From: Laetmonice hystrix
Lineage: Eukaryota
Direction: 5' to 3'
NCBI GenBank assembly: GCA_965235115.1
Contig: OZ249436.1
Coordinates: 28,460,001 to 28,524,000 of the forward strand
DNA length: 64,000 nt
The position numbers were made by a program, and so were the translations under genes. The stretch's first letter is position 1. Each line of letters opens with the position of its first letter. Positions 13,291 to 26,599 of the stretch are shown here, piece by piece. Under the pieces are notes generated by a model. The model saw nothing but the letters and a program-made list of their open reading frames with translations, was not told where the DNA came from and searched no databases.

Positions 13291-15105
13291 TATTATATTT
13301 CTGGGGAAGATGGGAAGATCAGATTAATTATTTCATGGTGCGGCTTAGGTCGGTGGTTCCCCCTAAATGTGATCGGAGGTTGTAATGGTTTGAAGGCCTT
13401 CATTCGGTTGAGAAACATTTCATTCAATACACATTGAATCGATTGGTATACGTCTACATTAATAGTGATGTCTTGTGTTCTGGCCGTATGGCCTTTAGTT
13501 TTAGCGTTGTGATTTAACTGGCTGGATTGGGCAATAAACATAGCAGTTCTCTGTTGTACGATAGAATGTTAGATATGGGTGATTAGATCTAAGAGAGGAA
13601 AGTAACTGGCGGGGAGGTAAGCGGTACGATCATCGACTCCCGACCCTGTGATCACCTTTACCGTATTGGTGCTATGGTGCTACAGTGCTGCTTCTATAGA
13701 GTGCGGGATTCCCGCAATTTTTACTATAATACAGCTTGGGAATTGATAAAGCAGCTTCTCTTAAAAATACAAAAGTAACCATTTAAAGGCAGGTTATTTC
13801 TTGAAATTGATTTCTCAAACTTGGCCCACAAAAAAATCTGATGGGCGCATTTTTTGAAAGTCATTGTGGGATCTGGCCCCTGTTTCAACATTCCTAGAAG
13901 CAGCACTGCTATATACCTTCTAGTCAGCCCATAAGGGAGCTGACCGTAGTTGATCGCCTTGGACATAGAAGAATACGGAAACCATGATAAGCTGATTTTT
14001 ACCTGAATGCGGTATAGCGGATGCGATAAATATAGGCGACCACGTTTATAGACCTACTATTTTACTCAGGTATGATTGCGGTATAAGAGCAGTCCGAGAG
14101 ACATGGCGCCGTGTATGTCCGTTCCTACCTGACGTACATCTAACCAACTCGAGCGAGATGTCTATGCCTTACGCTCTCCCATACACTGTTAATTTTCTGG
14201 GCATCCATGTGACTTTCATCACTGCTGGTATGATCAGTGAAAGGGTGTTCCCGGATGATTGCTACTAATTGTTCTATCACCTCCTCGCTCAGCGTTTTAT
14301 CTTGACTGCATATCAGAACGTGACTATATCAAAGGAGAGGGTCCAGGTTTGCGCCAAGGGGGGGGGGGTGCCAAGAGGGGGGTTGTGGGTGCCAAGGGGG
14401 GCTGTGTATGTTGTTTAGTTTGAACTTTTCAATTAGAAAAAAGAAAAATTACTTCGTAAGGGGGTGCAACCCCCGTACCCCCCCCCCCTCCCCATCCGCC
14501 ACTGTATCATAGTATAAATGTGCATGTCATACTAGTGTTTTCTGGATTAGGCCCTGTAAACAGCAGCGTGTTTTGATAAAAACCCTTTTGTAGCGTTCCA
14601 CATTCCGCATACGGTGTTCCGGTAGTGGGCGTTGGTGTGGGGGTGGATGTGGGTGTTCTGTTGACGAGACTATACAGTAGGGATTACCGTCAAAGGTTAA
14701 AGCAATCCCGAACATGCGTTATCTGTGTGTGAGAATAGCTGTACGAACATGAAAGTGACATATTACCGTTCAGTGAGTGGTTGTATCATAAAGGTCGGCC
14801 AATGGTCTGTGACATCCATAGCTGCGGTTATAGCGGATAAACTCCTGGCACTGATCTGACGTAGAAAGACATGAAATTGGCAGACCAACGGATGAATTAC
14901 AGAAGTAAATGTAAAATTCATGGGATGTAATAATTAGAAAAAAAGCTTTAGACATGAAAATACCCGCCAGACAGATAAGTGGTTTTGTTTAGGATTAGAC
15001 TGACATATAACGTTCACAATATTATACATGTAAAGTTAATGTGAGTTTCCTTTGGTTGAGGAGAGGGAGGCGTAGAGTTGACCGTGGTTGTGGTTTATGT
15101 TTCAG

Positions 15106-15178
15106 GTCCACTGAAGGGAACAGGATGGCCGGGACCATGGACGGCCTGACTGATTCCGTCTCAAGCCTCAGGCTAGCG
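15106..15178 (+). CDS. Candidate exon of an unidentified host gene (may contain the start codon: MAGTMDGLTDSVSSLRLA)
   Basis: Acceptor TGGTTTATGTTTCAG| and donor GCG|GTAAGT around a 73-nt GC-rich segment. Open frame with Kozak-like AGGATGG and ACCATGG. Ends in phase 0. Confidence 0.55.
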
Positions 15179-16849
15179 GTAAGTAACATTTCAAGCGCCA
15201 CATTTATTTTTTTTAATACACATTTTGTATTATCTCATCTGAAACATTTCCCCTGCCCACATATTTTTGTAGAAATTAATTTTGAAGTATTAGTAGGTAT
15301 TGTCAGATCGAGCTGTGTGTAACCAAAGAAGGAGGTTGGTTTTCATTAATGATGTGCAATAAGTGTTCCTGCTGTGCAATAGAAGTAACAACCCGCCCTA
15401 ACCACCACCGCCACCAATCACCACTGAAGCTCTTTCAGTATGTATACAGACAGTACAGCATGAGACATTTTTGATGTGACTTTGGAACACAATGGATGTT
15501 TCCGTGGAAATCCTCAGCTCCACTTGATGGAGCTGTATAGACGTCATATCACGGTCCAAGAGTTGGTGTAGAGAACCAGGCTAGGAGCAGATGTTTGCTT
15601 CCAACGCCGTTCATTAAAACATCTGCTCTATGGATTCACATGGCCTGCTGACAGGGCCTGTTCTCTATATACCAGGGGCTCGCTTCGTGTTGACAAACTC
15701 ACACCCGTGGCAAGTAATAAATTGGAAATTGGCAACAATGCTCACTCCGACATAATGGAAAACCTGACAGTGCTGCCAGATACGAGCGTCCCAGGGAGTT
15801 GGGAGGACTAAGTAGTGTTGGGAAATGGGAATTTGCTGATGGCAGCCTGGCGAAGTGCAGCATACGTGCATTTCCTGGAAATCCGCACTGGGATAGACTA
15901 TTGGACGGTATATTGAAGTCATGGTCAAACATTATATTACAGGCAGGTTTTAAAAAAAATGTCAATTAGTTAGCTGTCATGGTGCCTGTATAGAATAATT
16001 ATTTCCTCACGGACCTTTATGACAGGGACGGAAATAGATATTTCAGAAAAGTTACAAAGGCTAGAGGGAGCCAGCAAGTATAGTCGTAAACCGACGCATT
16101 ATAGAAAAACATTGTAAATTATTCATAATGTTTTCAAAGTACACAAAATATATATCAGGATGAAAGATAACCCTCCCAAACCTGTCGCAGAAATCGTTTC
16201 TGTCTTCAGTCTGTCGAAAGCCCGTTATATAGTGAATGTAAAATATCAAGTCGAATACGAAATTTCAGATTATGAGTACCTTTCATAAGATATCTATTAT
16301 ATATAACTGTTTTCAGGTTAATTATAAAGTAATGAACAAGGAGTCACCATTTTAAAAAGTTATCGATTTGTTATTGATTTGTTCATGATTGGTTCAAATT
16401 CTGTCTGCCCTAAATTGATGCCCCTAAATACTGTTTTGAAAAGGCTGCACCTAGTACAAAAGCTGGTACATTCATTGGAACCTTTTCCTTCCGAGCATTT
16501 GGACCTGCCTTAAAGTTCCTTTCCGTTTCTCCCCGTTTGCTTTCTTATTTTATGTACTTCCTTGTTTTATAAATAAGCTAGACACCTACAGCTGCCTCTA
16601 CTCACACAGTTGGTGTTGACGGCCTGCAGACAGGGAATTGTAAGGCAGCACACCTCCCAGACAGGTTCATAACAAAGGCCAGGCTAATTAGAACAGCTTG
16701 CAGTTAGTCTCAACCAATTAGATCGTAGTAAATTAGCCTCCAGGTAATTAAATCTAGATCGATTTTCCATGCCTTGTCCTTGATCGATTGAGGTCTGTAG
16801 GGTCTCTCTTTTTTTCTTCAGTCATCAAAACGAACAGAACCAGCGGCTT

Positions 16850-18330
16850 GATGATGGAAGCCAGAGACGCTGCAGGGTGCATTTATCTTTATCAATAATA
16901 AAGTCTTGGCGTCAAGGATATGTTCATATGTTAATATGGGCATAATATATGTCTTCTTTATTGCCTGCCGTTTTGAAGTATGACGTCTTGGAGGGTACCC
17001 TTCTTGCCAAGAGTTTTGCTGTTGATTTTGGTAAGCCGGCTTTTGAGATGTATCGTTTCAGGGGATTGAAGGGGAATTAAAATGAGATTACATTGTCTTT
17101 CACCCACATACCTTCCAGTCCGCGGGATGATCCGTGGTGATCACTCTTTATTATACTTCATATCCATCAATCATAGCGGCGAATCAAGGAAAAATATCCC
17201 CAGCAGTGAAAAGTGGCTTCATTGAGATAACAAGTACTGTACCACAGGATAACACAAATATAAGAACCATAATTATTCACATACACGTTTAGAGTCTGAT
17301 ATTCCATAATCCTAGTTACCGTGTAGAAGCTAAGTTAGCATACGAAGTGCCTCCGCAAGGGTTGATTCTGCACGGAAAGAAGCAAATCCAGTTGATCCAG
17401 TGATCACTTGGTGGATCTTAGAATTCGAACTCCAGGTAGAGACAGTAAAGAATTTTTGTTTGTTATTGATTTGGGTCTCGATTCCCAAGCACTGGTACAA
17501 TAGACTTAGTGAACCTTTTTCACTTTGTCTCATCTATTTCAGACTTGCCTTGTCGTTTGGGGGCTCTTGATTTCATGGGCACGCGCCGTTGTGGGGAAAA
17601 AGTGTCCTTGACGTGACATTTGAGGAGTTTGATGCATTAATTAGATATTTGTTAGACAGCTGTCATTTCCAAGGTTGGAAGAAGAGTCTAAATCTTGGCC
17701 ACAAAAAGAATGATTCCATAATAGGAGCAATCCCAAGAATAGGAAATCTTTTCTCATACTTTGGGTTCTGAAGTACATGTCCGCTGTGTTAGTCGAGTAT
17801 CTGAGGTAATGACCGACGTTCAGTTGACTGGTCAGGGTATTCAGGTCAGTAAGCCGCTCAGTAAGTAATCTTTCTATTGTTCATTGTTATCGGTGTTCAG
17901 GCTTGTTCGATTCATGCATCATTTGCCGGATCAAAACTATCTTTAATGACGGGACCGGATTTCTCTGACAGTCAAATCAATTGGTAATTACAGTGAAGTA
18001 GGTCAGTCCTTCCTCAAGGACTTTTGGCTCGATTGCGAGTGGCAATGTTTTCTTTGAAAACATCAATGTTGCCTGCAGATTTCACATGAAAGGCAGTACT
18101 TAAAAATGCGAGCCCAGCATTATCCGCCGATAGCCTTTTATCAACAAGGAATCTTCTAGAAGATGGTGCGGTGAAGACGGCCTTTTACTCTCCAGTAGAC
18201 TTCAGAATAGGAAAGTAGTTAGCGTTTTCGCACGAGTCCAGATGCTCATCTGTAAAATTACAAAGTGCTTTGAAAGAGGATCGCATGTAGTGTTCAGTGT
18301 TCGGAGTTCTGGACAATCGTGCGAGATACA
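16850..18330 (-). pseudogene. Degenerate Penelope-like retroelement (RT + GIY-YIG relic; boundaries approximate)
   Basis: Broken - strand frames give, in the expected order: STAFHVKS (cf. HVKNS), LPIDLTVREI, NRTSLNTDN (cf. RTSLxxDxI), KLLKCHVKDTF (cf. RYVDDTF), RYVGE (cf. YIGET) and IIDKD (cf. ILDRE). Confidence 0.45.
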
Positions 18331-18754
18331 TTTCTGTCTCATCTTATGATGAGAGTAGTTATTCGAAAGTTAAAATGCTTCCTGCTGCATCGTTTCACAC
18401 TGTGCAAATTTTAATGAGAAAGGGAGATTTGATACCACGACAGTAAATTTGCATAAGTAAAACTAGTGAAATGCCCCCATTCTCCGTTTAAAGGAGAACT
18501 GACAGATTTATAAATCAGAATGAAAGAAATCTAGAAATCTTGGGAAATTTCTCGCTTTTGTGACTCAGTTAATGTGCAAAGAATTCTTTCACCAGAAGCT
18601 ATGAATAACTCAAATATATTAATAGTAACCGCCCATGAGGGGCGAAAAAGGCGAAACTGAGAGGAATTTTGCCAAAAATAACAATAATTTCCAACTGTTT
18701 AGTGAAAGGCAAAATTAGAACTTATGGCTCTATCAGATTCCACGGCGATTAACA

Positions 18755-19750
18755 TCTCAGCAATGGCACGCCATTCTTGTGGAGAGATTGGACAGCTGAT
18801 GACTTCCTTCTTGTACTCATCTACGATGGCCTGGCAGACTTCTCGTACTAGGACAGACATGGTGTTATGAGGAACTCTGAAGTCAAACTTCATACTGGCG
18901 TACTCGTCGCCCGATGCTAGGTGGCGCATAGTCGCTGCAATCTTCAACCCTGATTCGATAGTCTTCCTACACCGAGTGTCTTGTTTGGTACATCTTGGAC
19001 CAAGTGTGGCAAGGAGCTCATCAAACGTCTCTGGTGGTACTCTCAGGAAGTTGAAGAAGGATGCAGGGTCTTCATGTCGTAGCTCAGCCATTAGGTGGTG
19101 ATAGACGTCGGAAACTACACCATGGACGTATAACGTCATAGTCTCAGTGGCAGTGAGGGTCTTCATGTCGTAGCTCAGCCATTAGGTGGTGATAGACGTC
19201 GGAAATCACACATTGGACGTATAACGAGCGCCATAGTCTCAGTGGCAGTGAGGGTCTTCATGTCGTAGCTCAGCCATTAGGCGGTGCTAAACGTCGGGAA
19301 CCACACCTTGGACATATAACGTCATAGTCTCAGTGGTAGTGAGGGTCTTCATGTCGTAGCTCAGCCATTAGGCGGTGATAGACGTCGGAAACCACACCTT
19401 GGATGTATAACGTCATAGTCTCAGTGGCAGTGAAGGTCTTCATGTCGTAGCTCAGCCATTAGGCGGTGCTAGACGTCGGAAACAACACCTGGGACGTATA
19501 ACGAGCGTCATAGTCTCAGTGGCAGTGAAGGTCTTCATGTCGTAGCTCAGCCATTAGGCGGTGCTAGACGTCGGAAACAACACCTTGGACGTATAACGAG
19601 CGTCATAGTCTCAGTAGCAGTGAGAGCCCAATAAGCGTACATCGGTTGCACACCAGTCGCAGGGGACGATTTCTGCGACCAAAACTCGTTTCTGTGCGTT
19701 GTTGCTACGTCCAGGATACGCTCATGTAGTTCGCTTGGCGTTGCCATGGC
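18755..19750 (-). pseudogene. Truncated PIF/Harbinger (HARBI1-like) transposase N-terminal region
   Basis: ORF 18699-19166: YHHLMAELRHEDPASFFNFLRVPPETFDELL...KIAATMRHLASGDEYASMKFDFRVPHNTMSVLVREVCQAI...CPISPQEWRAIAE, typical of the Harbinger transposase HTH region. It stops before the GAIDGKH catalytic motif. Possible ATG at 19747. Confidence 0.85.
19066..19626. repeat. Minisatellite, ~91-95-bp unit x 6, derived from Harbinger transposase coding sequence
   Basis: GGTCTTCATGTCGTAGCTCAGCCATTAGG... repeated six times. The unit nearest 19066 is in frame with the transposase (HHLMAELRHED). Confidence 0.92.
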
Positions 19751-19849
19751 GACTGTACTGGATCATTAAAGGTTTGGCGCTCAAGGTAGCTCATAGCGAC
19801 CCAATCCCGTCCTGAAACTGCGTCACCAAATCGTTCTCGGAGACCTTAA

Positions 19850-20420
19850 GGGAAATGTGAGTGTTCGAATCCACCACTAGAATTTTCAAAATATTTTTAT
19901 GGGGGATAGCCTTTGTCCTTAGGAGTACAAAGAAAGAAAAAAAATCATATGTCACCGAATTAGTTTTTTTTATACAGGCCTCCGTAAAAAATGGGTCTTT
20001 ACTATAGGTTTCAATGGGAAAAACAGGATTTTTCAGACATTTTGACTAATAGTTAAAAAATGACCACCAATTTTCTCCTGAAACTCGGTGACAAGATAAA
20101 GTGGATCAAAACTAATAGGTTAAAACAAAAAAAAATGGGGGTCACCGAATCAACAAAAAAGTTACAGCCTGCCAAACAGTCAGTGCCTTGGTAAAATACG
20201 GGTCTTAACTATAGCATTCAATGGAGTAGACAGGTTCTGGCACACAGTTTGGTTCATTGTTTAAAAATTACTACTGATTTTCAGATCAAACTAGTTGACT
20301 GCATAAATAAGCCAAACAGTTTTCTTTTAAAGCTCACTACGCGGCGCTTTGAATACTCACATTTTCCCCGTGGTACCAACGCGGCTCACTAGGTGGCGCT
20401 TTGAACACTCACATTTCCCT
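19850..20420. mobile_element. TTAA-target non-autonomous DNA transposon (Kolobok/Sola3-like), just upstream of the Harbinger ORF
   Basis: TTAA|GGGAAATGTGAGTGTTC ... GAACACTCACATTTCCCT|TTAA, with a degenerate second copy of the right end near 20333-20370. Confidence 0.7.
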
Positions 20421-21060
20421 TTAAGTAGGCGCTTTGCCTCACGCTTTCCTACTTTTCAGGTCGCAATGAGAGCACCATGAGGCTAGGTGTGACAGGGGTC
20501 CCAGCACACAGAGGTTATCTGCTTACAAATTACTGAAAAGTGGTATCGAATGTGGTCGACTTCACCACAGCGTCGTTGGTTTGAATCGACTTTAATTTGA
20601 TTCGGAATGATTTCCAGACTTTGTTATCAGCTGTAGTTGACTGACAATTTCTCCAACAGCTCCTGATGTTGCGAATACCATCAAGCTATTCATAATGTAA
20701 ACAGTCATGAAGACCGACGTGAAAAATGAATATAGAAATATGAGATTAATTGGGTCTTTTTTGAAATTTTCCGAGGCAAGAATACTGAATCCCTCTGTCT
20801 GGTGCTATGAAATAGATAGAGTCAGTAGTAAAGGTCATATAGATGACGCCGTATGTAAGTCTCCACCATGCTCGGTACGAGAGCTTACTGGCTTAATTTA
20901 CAGGAGGGAGCATTAACATTACATAGACCGTAATCTCATGTCCCTCGGGGAGTAGGAACCTCCTCAGATTGTACGTGCACAAAGTAATTGAATGTCGGTG
21001 TAATTCCAACTGACCTTGGGCCAACAGTCTGCTGCATTACAGAGTAAGACGAGCAGTGAC

Positions 21061-21126
21061 CCAGGCCGTGCCGACAGGAAGGCCAGGCCGTGCCGACAGG
21101 AAGGCCAGGCCGTGCCGACAGGAAGG
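21061..21126. repeat. 22-bp unit x 3 (CCAGGCCGTGCCGACAGGAAGG)
   Basis: Three perfect tandem copies. Confidence 0.95.
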
Positions 21127-21234
21127 CACACTGGAATCCAACTCATACAGGAGATTGGGGGTCTGTTTATTGCTGCAGTGCTGTTGATTTGTCTCTCCTG
21201 ATATACTCCGTTGTTTTTCCGCTTCTTTATACCA

Positions 21235-21642
21235 CAGGGTGGCCACATAAATTTCAATTTCAAACTCCCTATGTTTTCCCTGGCTCGTGATGAATTTTCC
21301 CTTTGATCCGGCATGGCTGCCATTCAGTGTTTTTATCAAATATGGCAGCCGTTTTGAATAAGATCGCCATCATCAGCAGCAATTTGCAAGTGGGATTTTT
21401 CCTCCATAGGCATTTAATTGTGACTCAAAAGCTCTTCAAATAAACCTCAATATTCAACAATGCTGCCTTTTCACTGACTTTTTTTCTTTTGCCTAATTTT
21501 TACCCTTGGCTGTCAATTTTTTTTCCCTGTGTAAAGTGTGTTTTCCGTGTGTTTTAAGGATTTTTCCAAATTCTCTGTGTTTTCCCTGCAGTACATTTAT
21601 TGTTATCATTTTCCCTGTTTTCCCCGTGCTGTGGTCACCCTG
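21235..21642. mobile_element. MITE with CAGGGTGGCCAC termini
   Basis: CAGGGTGGCCAC ... GTGGTCACCCTG (11/12 inverted match), with subterminal TTTTCCCTG repeats. No clear TSD. Confidence 0.6.
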
Positions 21643-22580
21643 ATTGAGCCAGACGGCAGGTTGGCCGCCCAGTGGTGCATGGCCCGTCTACCTCCAACGT
21701 CTGAGTGAAAGATCAGATTTCTCATTGGTGCTTACTGAAGCTAACCTAACTTATCCATCTTCCACGCTACCATCACCACGCGTCTCTCTCTTCATTAGTT
21801 ACCCCAAGTCGTTGTTAACCCCAGGTAAACTGAAGATTTGCCCTGATGTGTGGCGAGGGAGGATGCCGCTTGCCATGCCGACGATTAGAGTGGTACTCTG
21901 GGTCAAGTATAGAAGTTCTCGGCCATCCTGTTAAGGAGTCGCCGGATCCTATCTCGTGTGCCGCCACAGCCCGCCCACCACCGTCTGCATGGGAACGGTC
22001 GGCAAGGATCAATCCCATTTCAGTCTACTTACGGCGCAGACACGATGATAAACGATACGATTATGGATCAGTGGAACAACATATTGCAATGGTTGCCATG
22101 AAAGTTCAAGTAAACGACTCAGTGACTACGGTGAAGATGCAGGGGGTGGAGCGACGAGATGTCGTTGACAGGTCGCATACTTGTGAAGTCACCGGGAGAT
22201 GGGAGATCAGAAATGTAGGATTTCGGCGATAATATGAGATGAGCGGTGGTTACATTTTCTCGTCAACTATCATGTTGAGCTATCAGTCAAGATTTTATAC
22301 TTATACTTTGGTAAAGTAGCCAAAGTTTGGTCAGATGTGCCCGCCTACATATCGGTATTCACCAGTTCAAACTATTATTTATCTCCCGGTTTGTTCTGGT
22401 AATGGACATGATAAGATGATGTTTATACATGTGTGCTGATATTTTTACATCATCGATATTTATGGCCCGTGTTTCTGGAAACATGAGAAAATTGTAGAGC
22501 GTGGTTTGTCCAGGAACCAGATCTGATTCTCTATTCAGATTTTCTAATTCGAAATATTCGCGCGACATCAGACAAGGCGT

Positions 22581-22793
22581 GTATCTCATTATTTCATACA
22601 TATCGTAAACAGTTCTCATTATTTGGTAGTATCTCATTATTTCATACATATATCGTTAACAGTTCTCATTATTTAGCAGTATCTCATTAATTCATACATA
22701 TCGTTAACAGTTCTCATTATTTAGTAGTGTCTCATTATTTCATACATATCGTTAACAGTTCTCATTATTTAGCAGTATCTCATTATTTCATAC
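22581..22793. repeat. AT-rich minisatellite, 48-bp unit x ~4.4
   Basis: GTATCTCATTATTTCATACATATCGTTAACAGTTCTCATTATTTAG.. repeated. Confidence 0.92.
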
Positions 22794-22927
22794 ACTGTTC
22801 GTTAAGGGCGGTAGTTAGTTCAGGCGTGTGTTCAGTGACTTCTTCTCAATGCGAACAAAGAAGGCTCCTAGAAGAGTGAAGTCAGACATACTTACAGACA
22901 TAGGTGACACGTTAAGATGTTCATAAT

Positions 22928-23304
22928 ATTACAGATGGTGCGGAGATTGTGCGGAGATTATTACAGATGGTGCGGAGATTATTACAGATGGTGCGGAGAT
23001 TATTACAGATGGTGCGGAGATTATTACAGATGGTGCGGAGATTGTTACAGTTAGTGCGAAGATTATTACAGATGGTGCGGAGATTGTTACAGTTAGTGCG
23101 AAGATTATTACAGATGGTGCGGAGATTGTTACAGTTAGTGCGAAGATTATTACAGATGGTGCGGAGATTGTGCGGAGATTATTACAGGTGGTGCGGAGAT
23201 TATTACAGATGGTGCGGAGATTGTTACAGTTAGTGCGAAGATTATTACAGATGGTGCGGAGATTATTACAGATGGTGCGGAGATTATTACAGATGGTGCG
23301 GAGA
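22928..23304. repeat. Minisatellite, 21-bp unit x ~17 (two variants)
   Basis: ATTACAGATGGTGCGGAGATT interspersed with GTTACAGTTAGTGCGAAGATT. Confidence 0.95.
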
Positions 23305-25486
23305 AAAAAAACCCTTACAATATTCATTCACTGCCATCGTGGGACAAGTATGGCCGTGCTCAATAAATTATAAGCTGATGCACTTTTAAAAAAATGGATT
23401 ATATGTATAATCAAAGAACCTATACGTATGAACACGTTCTTTGGTATAATATATTTATAAGATAAAGCTTACCGCGTAGAAGGAAAATGGTCCGTATTAT
23501 CGAGCTGGCCCAGGTGCTTTCTGTAAGAAAAAGCAAATTTCACATTATTATAGTCATTATAGAAAGTCGTTGAGGAGAGGTACAGTTAAGTCTACAGCTA
23601 CGATTAGCTAATGCAGTTATCACGAGCGACTAGAATTGTCACTTTGCATAAAATGTATTGAATATAATGTCACGGGTATCTTTACCTCAGCAAGTGATAA
23701 ATGCCACCGTCCGTTACTAGTACCTATCGAGTAATGCCGTTCAGTCTTCGTAAAGATTTAAACATATCTTTCAACATAGAGTCACCCGTTTTTAGTATTA
23801 AAGGGGCAGTAATGGTTATGGTCCTAATGAATGGAGCCGTGCTGTGAGGCCAATTAAGATAGTTATCAAGGGTGCGGTGTGGTCACCACTTCCAAGCCAC
23901 GTAACCCTACCTGCTAGGTTGGGGTGCATGGGGCGAACCGGACCAGCCACGGGGGAGTAACTCCACGGGTGCGTGGAACAGCTAAAACATTCAAATCTAA
24001 CTGAAGAAAGTGTCGAAAAAACATTCCGGTAGCAGTTACTAGAATGGGAGTTTTGCTTCCATTTTCATACAAATGATTCTTTGATTGTATATGCACTTGT
24101 AAGTGAGATACAAAATGTGGGAGATTTAGTTACTTGGCTATTGGAGATATTTTACGAAATTACAGCGGAGCTCTTTCCCGTTGGAATCATTAGCACCCCT
24201 GCTGAGTTTATGGCTGTTCCGTCCTTTTTATACTCCCCCTGCCCCTTTAAGGACACAAGTCCTATCACAGAGGCCATAGTACAGGTCGACGAATGTATTT
24301 AATTAGGTTAACAGCAGACTTCGCCGTTACTATACTTTACCTCTGTCCATTACAAGCAGTGGCTTCCCTGTCGGACCTGGCCAGAGCTTGCCACAATCAC
24401 ATCATTAAGCAGTCGGTCAGTGCTGCAATAAGTGTAGCTTTACGGCATGATGGTTTTAATGATATAGAATGTTTAGATAGCAGATAAAAAAAATATCAGG
24501 CTGAATGCTGCAATACGGACTGCTTACGGACTGATCCGTGAGATACACATGTACATGGTTTATCAAATCGATTGGCTAAAACAGATCCTAGTTTTGTGCC
24601 AACCGGAGTTACGTGACTGAAGGTGTGGTTAGAACAGTAGATTAGATTCACGAGTGGCCCATAGTAATGAAGTGAAGAGTATCTCGACCTTTGTCAAATC
24701 TTCCTTAAGGCTGTACACGCATCCAGTAAAGCAAAGTCACCCAGGCATCCGACGAGTGTGCAGAACTCGACATCCTGGAGAAAAGTGTCAAATGCTAACC
24801 AGCGATCCGTAACGTTCACATTGGGAGACCGTCTCTGACTGAGAGAGGTGACGTGTGTTATGTGTATGGCTGACGGAATCGGATAAAAGGGACGCATGGT
24901 TGCATTCTGAAAAATTGACCGTTTGCTGGGAGAGAGAACAGTGGCCTTGGCTCCCAGCCTCATGGCTTCCAGTTCTCCCTTTCACCAATTGATACAGGTA
25001 CCAGCGGCACCAGCGGCACCAAGCCCTACCCTGTCAAACGCCTTCGGCTTTGTAAAAACATTGACTGGTTGCCATCACTCTTGCTCAACCATCAGACAAG
25101 GAGACTTGTAAAAGGGACTGGCGTGGCGAGGGGAATGGCCATTGGTAAGGCAGGCGGGTATTTGAGGCCAGAGCAGGGGGTGGGACATTGGTATGATAGA
25201 TGGCCTTGATGATTGAGGAGGAGGATGGCTTGCTTTCAGGGCCCGGCGTGTCTGATCGTCTCTTTGTGGACCCGGGATCACCCATAGTGGCCATGATCGG
25301 GTATGGCTTTTTATCGGTTTCCCTGATTGCATGCTTCTCGGTCCAGCGTGACATCAAAGCCGCAAGCTTTGCACTAATTCTGCTGCATTCTGTTTAGCTT
25401 GGCGGTACACGGGGACACTGGGCTCAGACAAACTGGTGACTGTTGATGTATGTCCATTGTCATGTCTCTGTCAGGTCTCGTGTTGT

Positions 25487-26267
25487 CCTGTCCCCTGTCT
25501 CTGTGTGTTGTCCTGTCCTCTATCTGGGTTTGACCTGTCCCCTGTCACTGTGTGTTGTCCTGACCTCTATCTGGGTTTGACCTGTCCCCTGTCACTGTGT
25601 GTTGTCCTGACCTCTATCTGGGTTTGACCTGTCCCCTGTCTCTGTGTGTTGTCCTGTCCTCTATCTGGGTTTGACCTGTCCCCTGTTACTGTGTGTTGTC
25701 CTGACCTCTATCTGGGTTTGACCTGTCCCCTGTCACTGTGTGTTGTCCTGTCCTCTATCTGGGTTTGACCTGTCCCCTGTCACTGTGTGTTGTCCTGACC
25801 TCTATCTGGGTTTGACCTGTCCCCTGTCACTGTGTGTTGTCCTGACCTCTATCTGGGTTTGACCTGTCCCCTGTCACTGTGTGTTGTCCTGACCTCTATC
25901 TGGGTTTCACCTGTCCCCTGTCACTGTGTGTTGTCCTGTCCTCTATCTGGGTTTGACCTGTCCCCTGTCTCTGTGTGTTGTCCTGTCCTCTATCTGGGTT
26001 TGACCTGTCCCCTGTCACTGTGTGTTGTCCTGTCCTCTATCTGGGTTTGACCTGTCCCCTGTCACTGTGTGTTGTCCTGTCCTCTATCTGGGTTTGACCT
26101 GTCCCCTGTCACTGTGTGTTGTCCTGACCTCTATCTGGGTTTGACCTGTCCCCTGTCACTGTGTGTTGTCCTGACCTCTATCTGGGTTTGACCTGTCCCC
26201 TGTCACTGTGTGTTGTCCTGTCCTCTATCTGGGTTTGACCTGTCCCCTGTCACTGTGTGTTGTCCTG
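25487..26267. repeat. Minisatellite, 47-bp unit x ~16.5
   Basis: CCTGTCCCCTGTCACTGTGTGTTGTCCTG(A/T)CCTCTATCTGGGTTTGA repeated, with degenerate similar sequence on both flanks. Confidence 0.96.
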
Positions 26268-26599
26268 CTTTATAGGCCATTTTAAGTTTTGGGTAGAAGG
26301 AAACCCCTGTTATTTTGATCTGTTTTGTCCTGTCTACTATCATAGGTGTGCCTGTTTTGTCCCCTATCAGTAGGAATCTTGTGCTGGTCCCTGTCAGTGC
26401 CATGTCCTGCCCCCCGTCACTGCGTCACATCCTAGCCACTGCAGTCGTCCTCGCGTCATATCTCCTGCCATAGAAGTGTGGGTCTCACACGTTTTTCATT
26501 TTCTGGGACCAGACAGACTAGATCCATTCAGCCATTGCTACATTTACTCGGACATGAGATTCGTTAGATACGGTACGAGATGACACAACCACAGCCGGC

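Noticed and set aside
15440..15930. Coding-like + strand segment after the candidate exon
   Set aside because: Interrupted by stops, with no recognisable family or clear splice sites. It may be an old TE relic, but I cannot support that.
22929..23373. Heptad-like ORFs (VRRLLQM)n and (NNLRTIC)n that suggest a coiled-coil protein
   Set aside because: Translation of a 21-bp minisatellite, open in several frames on both strands, with no splice context.
24690..25430. Several overlapping short ORFs, possible LINE ORF1 relic
   Set aside because: No recognisable motif.
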